32,000 bases of DNA. It comes from Fibrobacter succinogenes subsp. succinogenes S85. Its GTDB lineage: Bacteria > Fibrobacterota > Fibrobacteria > Fibrobacterales > Fibrobacteraceae. The position numbers and the translations under genes were made by a program. Positions within the stretch are counted from its first letter, which is position 1. Each line of letters begins with the position of its first letter. Shown here piece by piece: positions 7,993-15,807 of the stretch. The notes below the pieces were generated by a model. It saw only the letters and a program-made list of their open reading frames with translations. It searched no databases and had not been told where the DNA came from. The stretch is taken from the NCBI RefSeq assembly GCF_000146505.1, contig NC_017448.1, forward strand, positions 270,001 through 302,000. Direction: 5' to 3'.

Positions 7993-8988
7993 TTAGACAG
8001 CCTGAATTCCGAGCAATACTAAATATGCAACGTACAGACTTAAGAAGAACGCTCCACCAATTCTTCCAAAACCGCTAACACGCTTGCCATTCTTTTTCTT
8101 GAACGGAATACAAATAAAGAAGAGCAATAGTGTCAGCGCAGACATAATCGGCAAGTCACGAATCAGAACTTCCGGCTCCATAGCCTTAATCGGGGTAATG
8201 ACAGCGGCAAGTCCGACAACGACAAGCGTATTAAAAATGTTCGAGCCGATGACGTTTCCGACGGCCAAATCATTCTCTCCCCTACGGGCTGCAGCAATCG
8301 AGCTTGCCAGTTCCGGAAGCGACGTTCCTACGGCAACAATCGTAAGTCCAATCAGCAAATCGCTTACGCCAAGAGCCTGAGCCACGTTGATTGCACCCCA
8401 CACAAGCATGCGGGAACTCACAATCAAAAGCACAAGCCCCAAAAGCAACAGCAACGAAGACTTAACGATTGAAACCTGTTCGGTAGACTCGGATTCAAGT
8501 TCGTCATGCACTTCTGCAGACTTTTTACGTTTGCGTTTTTGCCTGAGTTCGCTTAAAATGTTGAAGGTCATGATGGCAGCAAAAGCAACCAACAAAACAA
8601 CACCATCGACAAGCGAGACATTGCCGTCCCACAGCAACAAGACCGTCAAGACCGTCATCGCCAACAAGACAGGAATATCGCGTGACATAGCCTGCTTTTG
8701 TACGACAACAGGAGCAATAAGTGCAGTCGTTCCAAGAATCAACGCAATGTTTGCAATATTGGAGCCATAAGCATTGCCCAAAGCAAGCTGAGGCGTATCG
8801 TTCATCGCAGATAAGATAGAAACGACCATTTCAGGCGCGGATGTTCCGAACCCGACAATCACCATCCCGATAAGGAAGGTGCTCATACCTAAAAATCGGG
8901 CCACGCCGACAGCCCCATCCACAAACCGGTCTGCACTCCAGACCAGAAGAACAAGGCCTACGACAATGGCCACAATAGAAAGAATCAT
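7993..8988 (-). CDS. Ca2+/Na+ antiporter, CaCA (YrbG) family
   Basis: Polytopic membrane protein with the duplicated alpha-repeat motifs GTSAPEMVVS and GTSLPELASS and a charged central loop (RQKRKRKKSAEVHDELESE). Confidence 0.9.
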   Translation of the reverse strand: MILSIVAIVVGLVLLVWSADRFVDGAVGVARFLGMSTFLIGMVIVGFGTSAPEMVVSILSAMNDTPQLALGNAYGSNIANIALILGTTALIAPVVVQKQAMSRDIPVLLAMTVLTVLLLWDGNVSLVDGVVLLVAFAAIMTFNILSELRQKRKRKKSAEVHDELESESTEQVSIVKSSLLLLLGLVLLIVSSRMLVWGAINVAQALGVSDLLIGLTIVAVGTSLPELASSIAAARRGENDLAVGNVIGSNIFNTLVVVGLAAVITPIKAMEPEVLIRDLPIMSALTLLLFFICIPFKKKNGKRVSGFGRIGGAFFLSLYVAYLVLLGIQAV

Positions 8989-8994
8989 GTTATA

Positions 8995-9987
8995 CTAGAA
9001 TGCGTAGAATGTTGCGCCCACCGTAATGGACTTCGAAGACAAGTTATTGATAGACCAGACATCGTAATCGTCATACTGGTTGTTGATACCCCAAGTGAAG
9101 CGGGCATCGAAACCGATATAGCGATTGGCACGGATGCCGAAGCCAAAGACGATAGACCAGTCAATCACCGAGCGGCAATCATTATCCATCATATCATCCT
9201 TGATGTAAACAGACTTGTCCGAAGACTTCATTCTAAACTTGTCTGCAACAGCAAAGGACGGTTGCACACCGACATCAAAATAGACATTGGACTTAGCGCT
9301 CTTCAACGAGAGGAGGAGCGGCAGAGAAATGCGGTACTGGCTAAACGAGAAACGGTATTCGCCAAAAGTTTCCTTATAAGTTTCGCTGTAGCTGTTGCTA
9401 ACCTTGTCATGTTCAAACAAGACTCCCGTCTTAAACGCCATGTTGTACTCATCCAGCGGGAACAAGGCAAAAGCACCGATGCTCCAAGTCAAGCCAGAAT
9501 AACGGTCATATTCATAGCGACCGTTATCCCCCGAAAGGAACGAATTACCGATAAAGCCTTGAAGACCGAAAGTAAACTTGAGCGGGATAAGACCACGCAG
9601 CTGGTCCATGTCAATAGTATCGGCCGTGGCTGTTTCGGTCACGTAAATCGTCTTGACATTGCCGCTGGTATTTTCAATTTCAGATGCGGAATAGACCGGG
9701 CGATAAACAAACTTCTTTGTCGTCTTTTTGACAACCGGTTTTGCAGCATCTTCACCACGAACAGCAGTCGGTTCATTGAAAAGATTTTCCGGAGCAAGTT
9801 CCTGTTCCACAGCAGTAAACTTATCTTCAGCAGGAGCGGCCTGAGCGGGAGCAACTTCTGCAGCCGGGGCAGCTTGTTCTGCAACAGGAGCCGGAGCAAC
9901 GGGAGCCGTTTCAACAGGAGCAGCCTCCTGTGCCATCACGGCAGAAACGGCGAGAGCCGTCAAAATTCCAGTACATTTCAGATTCAT
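8995..9987 (-). CDS. Outer-membrane beta-barrel (porin-like) protein with Ala/Pro-rich linker
   Basis: Signal peptide (..AVSAVMAQE), a low-complexity APVETAPVAPAPVAEQAAPAAEVAPAQAAPAE segment, amphipathic strands, and the C-terminal ...TVGATFYAF ending in Phe. Its stop lies 6 nt before the antiporter start. Confidence 0.7.
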   Translation of the reverse strand: MNLKCTGILTALAVSAVMAQEAAPVETAPVAPAPVAEQAAPAAEVAPAQAAPAEDKFTAVEQELAPENLFNEPTAVRGEDAAKPVVKKTTKKFVYRPVYSASEIENTSGNVKTIYVTETATADTIDMDQLRGLIPLKFTFGLQGFIGNSFLSGDNGRYEYDRYSGLTWSIGAFALFPLDEYNMAFKTGVLFEHDKVSNSYSETYKETFGEYRFSFSQYRISLPLLLSLKSAKSNVYFDVGVQPSFAVADKFRMKSSDKSVYIKDDMMDNDCRSVIDWSIVFGFGIRANRYIGFDARFTWGINNQYDDYDVWSINNLSSKSITVGATFYAF

Positions 9988-10091
9988 AATGATCCTCCAA
10001 TGATAATCATTGTAATATTATAGTATTTTTGTATTCGAAAAACCAATATAAAATACAAGCTCCCCGTTTATAAAATACTAGATTACGCTAT

Positions 10092-11630
10092 ATGAAAACA
10101 AATATAGTTACCACAGCTTCGGGCAAGGCCAATGCTTACGCCCTCTTTTTCGTTAAAAAATCCGTTCAGTTTTCCAACGTCCTTTCGGAAAATGCTGAAA
10201 AGCAAGTCGAATCCGTATTGAACGGCATGGAAGACGGTCCATTCGAAGACCTTGAATTTTTGGAAATCGATAACCAGCCGACCATTTTTGTGAATGCAGC
10301 CAAAGAACGCGGTCTTTCGTCGCTCGACCACCTGCGCATGGCCGCATTCCGCCTCGCCAAGAAGGCTAGCAAGCGCCAGATTCCGGTCGTATCCATCATG
10401 CTTGCAGACGCCGCACCGGAACAGTTCAAGAGCATTTTGCTTGGGCTTCACTATGCAGACTACAAGTTTGACGCCTACAAAAGCAAGCAGAAAGACTCCT
10501 TCCAGGTCACGTTCGAACTCGTTGCTGGCGAACACACTGCAGAATTCAAGAAGATTGCAGATGTCGTCGCCATAGAAAACAAGGCAATAGTCCTTGCCAA
10601 AAACTTGATCAACACAAGCTCCAGCGACCTCACGCCTGCTGAATTTGTTGAAAACGCAAATACCATTGCAAAATACACACCGGGTCTTTCAATCAAGGTT
10701 CGCAACATGAAGCAACTCGAAAAGGAAGGCTTCATGGGACATGTGACTGTCGGCAAGGGCAGCTCTCACGAACCGTACATGATTACGCTTAGCTACGATG
10801 GAAGCAAGAGCTCCAAGAAAGCAGCGAAAAATGCGCGCACTTCCGCCGACCACTTGGTATTTGTCGGTAAGGGTCTTACGTTTGATACGGGTGGTCTCTG
10901 CCTCAAGCCGCCTAAATCCATGCCCGAGATGATTAGCGATATGAGCGGTGCTGCAACAGTACTTGCCGCCATCCAGGCCATTGCGACACTTGAGCTCCCG
11001 ATTAAAGTAAGCGCAGTCTGCTGCCTCGCCGAAAATGCAATTGGCAACAAGTCTGTATTGCCGGGCGATATCTTTACCGCCAAGAACGGTAAGACTGTCA
11101 TGGTCGACAATACCGATGCCGAAGGACGCTTGGTTCTCTCGGACGGCCTTGCAGAAGCAGGCCTCATCGGAGCAACGCACATTGTTGACCTCGCGACGCT
11201 CACAGGAGCCATGGTTCGCGCACTCGGTTACGCCGTTGCCGGATTCTTCAGCAATGACGATGACCTCGCCTTGAAGGTCATCAACTGTGGTGAAGCCTGC
11301 TGCGAAAAATTCTGGAGCATGCCGCTCGAAGAAGAATACGCCGATGCCTTAAAGGATCACTTTGCAGACCTCAAGAACACCGGAAGCGACGCGGGCGCTA
11401 TTGCCGCCGCCCTCTTCTTGCAGGAATTCGTTCCAGAAAACACTGCCTGGACACACTGGGATATCGCAGGTACAGCGTTTGTCAACAAGACCTGGAAATA
11501 CACCGATTTCGGTGCCACCGGATTCGGCGTGCAGACGCTCATTGAACTTGCAAGACGCATGTCCGGTATGGTTTGCGAAGATACTGCAAACGAAGATGCC
11601 GACGGCGAATATGTTGCAGTGGAAGCATAA
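10092..11630 (+). CDS. pepA: Leucyl aminopeptidase (M17 family)
   Basis: VGKGLTFDTGGLCLKP and NTDAEGRLVLSD, the M17 metal-binding signatures. Confidence 0.92.
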   Translation: MKTNIVTTASGKANAYALFFVKKSVQFSNVLSENAEKQVESVLNGMEDGPFEDLEFLEIDNQPTIFVNAAKERGLSSLDHLRMAAFRLAKKASKRQIPVVSIMLADAAPEQFKSILLGLHYADYKFDAYKSKQKDSFQVTFELVAGEHTAEFKKIADVVAIENKAIVLAKNLINTSSSDLTPAEFVENANTIAKYTPGLSIKVRNMKQLEKEGFMGHVTVGKGSSHEPYMITLSYDGSKSSKKAAKNARTSADHLVFVGKGLTFDTGGLCLKPPKSMPEMISDMSGAATVLAAIQAIATLELPIKVSAVCCLAENAIGNKSVLPGDIFTAKNGKTVMVDNTDAEGRLVLSDGLAEAGLIGATHIVDLATLTGAMVRALGYAVAGFFSNDDDLALKVINCGEACCEKFWSMPLEEEYADALKDHFADLKNTGSDAGAIAAALFLQEFVPENTAWTHWDIAGTAFVNKTWKYTDFGATGFGVQTLIELARRMSGMVCEDTANEDADGEYVAVEA

Positions 11631-11680
11631 GCGGTTTCTTAAATAATTTGCTTATCAAATCACCAAAGTGAGTATTAAAA

Positions 11681-11706
11681 AACCTTCAGATTTCTGAAGG
11701 TTTTTC
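11681..11706 (+). terminator. Intrinsic terminator after pepA
   Basis: AACCTTCAG-ATTT-CTGAAGGTT (9-bp stem) followed by TTTCT and preceded by an A-run. It ends about 15 nt before the guaA ATG. Confidence 0.7.
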
Positions 11707-11720
11707 TATCTTTTAGATGT

Positions 11721-13556
11721 ATGAAAAACGTTGATACTATTGCCGTTTTGGACTTTGGTGGGCAGTATGCTCACTTGATTGCCAACCGTGTACGCCGTCT
11801 TGGCGTGTTTACCGAAATCCACTCCCCTGCCGCCCCGGTTTCTGAACTCGAAGGCGTGAAGGGCATCATTTACAGTGGCGGTCCGTCTAGCGTTTATGCG
11901 GCTGACGCTCCGGAATACAATCCTGAAATTTTGAACCTCCCGGTGCCGAAGCTCGGCATCTGCTACGGCCACCAGCTCATCGCCCAGCAGTTGGGCGGTC
12001 ACGTGGAACCGGGCAAGGTCAAGGAATACGGCATTGCAGACCTCATCGTGGGCGATGAAAAATGCCCGCTTTTGAAGGGTCTCCCGAAAGCATCCCCGAT
12101 GTGGATGAGCCATGGCGACCAGGTCACCAAGCTTCCCGAAGGCTACAAGATTGTGGCAAGCACCAAGGACTGCGAAATCGCCGCCGTTGCATTTGATAGC
12201 GATAAGCCTGAACGCCAGATTTTCGGCATCCAGTTCCATCCCGAAGTCACGCACAGCAAGTTCGGCATGAAGCTTCTCGAAAACTTCGTCGACTTTACGG
12301 GCGCCAAGAAGACTTGGAACATGAAGAGCTACTTGCCGCTCATCACGCAGCGCATTAAGGACCAAGTCAAGGACCGCAAGGTGTTCTTACTCGTCTCCGG
12401 TGGCGTGGACTCCACCGTGGCATTTGTGCTCTTGAACCGCGTGCTCGGACCGGAAAAAGTTCTCGGCTTGCATGTGGATAACGGCATGATGCGCCTCGGC
12501 GAATCCCAGAAGATTATGGACTTCCTCACGAAGGAAGGTATGAACAACCTCAAGATCCGTGACGCTAGCAAACACTTCCTTGCCAAGCTCAAGGGCGTGA
12601 CTGCTCCGGAAACCAAGCGCGGCATCATCGGTAAGGAATTCTTGACGGTCAAGGACGAGGAAATGGCTAAGCTCAACCTCGATCCGAACGAATGGATGAT
12701 GGCACAAGGTACCATCTACCCCGACACCATCGAAAGCGGCGGCACCAAGAATGCCGACAAGATCAAGACGCACCACAACCGCGTGCAAGAAGTTTTGGAC
12801 CTCATGGAAAAGGGTCTCGTCTTGGAACCGCTCGCCGACTTGTACAAGGACGAAGTCCGCGCACTCGGCGAAGAACTCGGCATTCCGCACAACCTCGTGT
12901 GGCGCCACCCGTTCCCGGGTCCAGGTCTCGGCGTTCGTTTGCTCTGCAGCGAAGGCAAGCTCACAAGCGACATGGTAAAGTTCGAAGACGTGAAGGACAC
13001 CGCAGGTCAGTCCCTCGCCGATTACCTCAAGGCAAACAACATTGCTGGTCGCATGCTCCCGATTAAGAGCGTTGGCGTCCAGGGTGACGGCCGTACTTAC
13101 GCACAGCCGTTCCTCATCACCACTCCGGGCCTCAGCTGGAAGGAATGCGAAAAGTTCTCTACAGAACTTGCCAACCGCTTCAAGGCCATCAACCGCGTGA
13201 TTTACCAGATTGGTAGCGTGGCAGACGAAGATCCGAAGCTTGTTGAACAGTACGCCACCCGCGAAAACTTCGATACGCTCCGCAAGTTCGACAACATCTG
13301 CACCGAATTCTTGCAGGCAAACGACTTGTACGAAAAGATTTGGCAGATGCCGGTCGTGCTCGTTCCGCTCCGCACGGCTAACAAGCCCTGCATCGTGATG
13401 CGCCCAGTGAACTCCACCGAAGCCATGACGGCAAACTTCGCCGAAATCGACCAGGGAATGCTCGCCGGTCTCTGGCGCAAGTTCGAAGCCGAAGGCGCTG
13501 GCAGCCTGTGGTACGACGTGACGCACAAGCCCCCCGGAACCATTGAGTGGGAGTAA
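11721..13556 (+). CDS. guaA: GMP synthase (glutamine-hydrolysing), long form
   Basis: GATase-1 motifs (GICYGHQL, IQFHPE), the ATP-PPase P-loop LVSGGVDST, and the C-terminal HKPPGTIEWE. At 611 aa it carries extra C-terminal material (see findings). Confidence 0.95.
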   Translation: MKNVDTIAVLDFGGQYAHLIANRVRRLGVFTEIHSPAAPVSELEGVKGIIYSGGPSSVYAADAPEYNPEILNLPVPKLGICYGHQLIAQQLGGHVEPGKVKEYGIADLIVGDEKCPLLKGLPKASPMWMSHGDQVTKLPEGYKIVASTKDCEIAAVAFDSDKPERQIFGIQFHPEVTHSKFGMKLLENFVDFTGAKKTWNMKSYLPLITQRIKDQVKDRKVFLLVSGGVDSTVAFVLLNRVLGPEKVLGLHVDNGMMRLGESQKIMDFLTKEGMNNLKIRDASKHFLAKLKGVTAPETKRGIIGKEFLTVKDEEMAKLNLDPNEWMMAQGTIYPDTIESGGTKNADKIKTHHNRVQEVLDLMEKGLVLEPLADLYKDEVRALGEELGIPHNLVWRHPFPGPGLGVRLLCSEGKLTSDMVKFEDVKDTAGQSLADYLKANNIAGRMLPIKSVGVQGDGRTYAQPFLITTPGLSWKECEKFSTELANRFKAINRVIYQIGSVADEDPKLVEQYATRENFDTLRKFDNICTEFLQANDLYEKIWQMPVVLVPLRTANKPCIVMRPVNSTEAMTANFAEIDQGMLAGLWRKFEAEGAGSLWYDVTHKPPGTIEWE

Positions 13557-13812
13557 GCCGAGTGCTGCGAAAACATGCTCGCATGTTTTCATAGCCGAGG
13601 CGCGCGAACACGCGACAAGCGTAGCGCAGTTGCAATGGGAATAAGGCGAGAGCCGCGTGAACACGCGCTTGAACAAAGTGAAAGCGCCGTGGGAGTAGCG
13701 CGGAGCCGAGTGTCGCAAAAATGAGCTTGCTCATTTTTATGACCGAGGCGAACAAGCAGACGTTGAAGCCGTAGGCGTAAGCGTCAGTAAGGCGAGAGTC
13801 GCGACAAATTTT
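13547..13812. repeat. Degenerate tandem duplication (about 147-bp period, 2 units), each unit holding a perfect palindrome
   Basis: Anchors repeat at an offset of 142-148 nt:
- GTGGGAGTA (13547 / 13689)
- AGCCGAGTG (13556 / 13704)
- palindromes AAAACATGC-TC-GCATGTTTT (13570-13589) and AAAAATGAGC-TT-GCTCATTTTT (13717-13738)
- (G/A)CCGAGGCG (13594 / 13742)
- TAAGGCGAGAG(C/T)CGCG (13642 / 13788). Confidence 0.65.
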
Positions 13813-13847
13813 AAATCCGGATGAGACAAACTCTTCCGGATTTTTTT
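13813..13847 (+). terminator. Intrinsic terminator closing the guaA 3' region
   Basis: AAATCCGGA-(13-nt loop)-TCCGGATTT followed by a T-run on the plus strand. On the minus strand the hairpin is followed by only a short T-run, so it is a weaker terminator for the convergent permease gene. Confidence 0.7.
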
Positions 13848-13870
13848 ATCAAATTAAAAACAAATTGCAA

Positions 13871-14887
13871 TTACGAGAACTTAATTCTCGGATCGACAAG
13901 CGTATAAAGTATATCGCTAAAGAGACGGCCCACCATCGCCATAAGGCTACTGAGGAAGATAATTCCCATCACCACGTTGTAATCGCGATTGACCATCGAA
14001 TTGTAATACAAGAGCCCCATGCCATCGATATCAAAGACCTTCTCGATGAGGAGCGCGCCCGCAAACATAAGCGTACAAATTTCGGAAAGGCGAGTCGCAA
14101 TCGGGATCAGCGCATTGCGGAGAGCATGGCGTACAAGAGCCTGTTTGAAACTCAAGCCCTTTGCCAAAGCTGTTCGCATGTAATCGCGGCCCAGTTCCTC
14201 AAGCGCAGAATTCTTCATGAGGAACGTGAGGAACGCAAATTCGCTAATCATGTAGCAGAAAATCGGGAGCGCCAAATGCTGCGCCAAGTCAAACACTTTC
14301 CCGAAGAACGTGAAATCCTCAAAGTCATCGCTCGTGAGCCCACCGAGCGGAAAAATGTCCAAGTACGAACCACCCGCCAAAAAGATGATAAGCAAAATGC
14401 CAAGCGCATAACCCGGCATCACGTAACCCGAGAAAATAAGACCACTCGTAAAAGAATCAAGCTTGCTTCCGTGATGCACCGCCTTCCAGAGCCCAAGCGG
14501 AATGCAGATAAGATAACTCAAGAAGAACGATGTCACACCAAAGAACAATGAAATCGGGAATCGGCTTACAATCACGTCCCAGACCGGGAGCCCGTACGTG
14601 TAACTTTCCCCAAGATTCAAATGCAAAACGTTCCAAAGCCACGTAAGGTAACGTTTCCACGCGGGCTGGTCAAAGCCAAAGTACGCCTGGATTTGCGCAA
14701 TTTGGTCCGGCGAGAGCGCCTTGGAAGCATCTACGCCACCCTTCATCGAAGCCGCCTGCTGCGCACGAGAAATCAGCTCTTCCACAGGGCCACCCGGCAA
14801 GAGCTGAATCAAGATAAAGCACACCAACGAAATCCCGATTAATGTCGGGATCATTAGCAACAAACGACGAAGGATGTACGAACGCAT
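13871..14887 (-). CDS. yejB: ABC transporter permease, peptide/microcin-C type (YejB-like)
   Basis: N-terminus MRSYILRRLLLMIPTLIGISLVCFILIQLLPGGP, the conserved loop DYMRTALAKGLSFKQALVRHALRNA, and the C-terminus SDILYTLVDPRIKFS. It is colinear with the E. coli YejB pattern as I remember it. Confidence 0.88.
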   Translation of the reverse strand: MRSYILRRLLLMIPTLIGISLVCFILIQLLPGGPVEELISRAQQAASMKGGVDASKALSPDQIAQIQAYFGFDQPAWKRYLTWLWNVLHLNLGESYTYGLPVWDVIVSRFPISLFFGVTSFFLSYLICIPLGLWKAVHHGSKLDSFTSGLIFSGYVMPGYALGILLIIFLAGGSYLDIFPLGGLTSDDFEDFTFFGKVFDLAQHLALPIFCYMISEFAFLTFLMKNSALEELGRDYMRTALAKGLSFKQALVRHALRNALIPIATRLSEICTLMFAGALLIEKVFDIDGMGLLYYNSMVNRDYNVVMGIIFLSSLMAMVGRLFSDILYTLVDPRIKFS

Positions 14888-15718
14888 TTATCTCATTTTT
14901 CCAGAACGCAAGACGTCCATCATGTTGAACGGCTTTGCTGTACCAGCGGCAATCTGGTCAGCGAGGAAGTTCACAGCATCAACAGTGCCTTCGGCATAAA
15001 TCTTGCGACCGCAAACATTGTGCTGGAATTCAAAGTGAACCGTACCATCGGCACTATCAAGGCTGTAGGTGTGGAAAGCGTGACCGCCGAGGTATTCTTC
15101 AGGCACATGCATGCGTTCCATCTGTTCCTTTTCGTTACGGACCTTTTCGATATCGTCCGGTGTGTAGTCAAAGCCCATCTTCTGGAAGGTGCCTACGACT
15201 GCACGTGCTGTGCCGCTCGTATCAGCCTTGGTCTTCTGGTGGCTTTCAACCACGGAAAGCTTGTAGCCTTCAAATGCGGTCGGGAATTCCTTGGCCAAGA
15301 ATTCAATCATCATCTGGAAAGCGACAATCTGCTTAGCCATGTTCGGAGCGATGACGCTCGGATGGTTGGCATCGGCAACGAGCTTAGCAAGGGCTTCGCG
15401 GTCACCGCCGGTCGTTCCCATCACGAACGGAATCTTGTGCTTTACGTAGAAAGCAGCATTGTCGTTCACAGCCGTCGGGTGCGTGTAGTCAATGCAAATC
15501 ATGTTCGGATACTTGGCAAGCACTTCGCCAATGCGGGCTTCACGGTTGGAGGGCTTCAAGAGCTGAATCGTCTTGCCTGCAACTTCGGCTTCATTTTCAA
15601 CGATAATTTCTCCCGTCAAAGAATACGGGACGAGTTCCAAACCGCGGGCAACGCAAGTTTCGGCCACGATGCGGCCCATGTTACCCGGAATACCATTAAC
15701 CATCACTTGAACGGACAT
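14888..15718 (-). CDS. dapB: 4-hydroxy-tetrahydrodipicolinate reductase (DapB, plant/Bacteroidetes-like subtype)
   Basis: NAD-binding VNGIPGNMGR and the substrate signature ESHQKTKADTSGTA. AGGAG lies 6 nt upstream of the ATG at 15718; the track ORF opens at an upstream TTG at 15748. The stop TAA abuts the permease ATG directly. Confidence 0.9.
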   Translation of the reverse strand: MSVQVMVNGIPGNMGRIVAETCVARGLELVPYSLTGEIIVENEAEVAGKTIQLLKPSNREARIGEVLAKYPNMICIDYTHPTAVNDNAAFYVKHKIPFVMGTTGGDREALAKLVADANHPSVIAPNMAKQIVAFQMMIEFLAKEFPTAFEGYKLSVVESHQKTKADTSGTARAVVGTFQKMGFDYTPDDIEKVRNEKEQMERMHVPEEYLGGHAFHTYSLDSADGTVHFEFQHNVCGRKIYAEGTVDAVNFLADQIAAGTAKPFNMMDVLRSGKMR

Positions 15719-15752
15719 AAAATCTCCTGTTGTTTTTCCGTTTGACAAGATA

Positions 15753-15782
15753 GAAAAAAAAGGCGGGCTTTAAGCCCGTCCT
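15753..15782 (-). terminator. Intrinsic terminator after the ankyrin lipoprotein gene
   Basis: The minus strand reads GGACGGGC-TTAAA-GCCCGCC (one bulge) followed by TTTTTTTT. Confidence 0.7.
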
Positions 15783-15807
15783 GTAAATTCAAGCAGAAAA
15801 GATTCGC

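Noticed and set aside
9262-10023. 253-aa plus-strand ORF
   Set aside because: It lies antisense to the porin-like OMP gene. The OMP gene has a signal peptide and a C-terminal Phe barrel signature.
11631-11720. Purine riboswitch upstream of guaA
   Set aside because: Only 90 nt are available, largely occupied by the pepA terminator. None of the conserved purine-aptamer loop sequences I know are present.
12387-13718. 443-aa minus-strand ORF (also 11706-12365, 12329-12715, 13202-13576 and 13378-13755)
   Set aside because: These lie antisense to guaA, whose plus-strand product carries all the GMP synthase signatures. The antisense products have no motifs and an Ala/Arg/Val-rich shadow composition.
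13557-13870. tRNA, small CDS or riboswitch in the 314-nt guaA-permease gap
   Set aside because: There are no T-loop or anticodon-arm features and no ORF with a start or SD. The gap lies 3' of both flanking genes, so a riboswitch makes no sense. It is retained instead as a structured-repeat finding.
13865-14551. 228-aa plus-strand ORF; also 15020-15745 (241 aa), 16006-16563 (185 aa), 10083-10535 (150 aa), 17686-18126, 18966-19466 and 20668-21192
   Set aside because: All lie antisense to genes with strong family signatures (permease, dapB, ankyrin, pepA, mltD, OmpA-TSP3). Their composition is typical of shadow frames.
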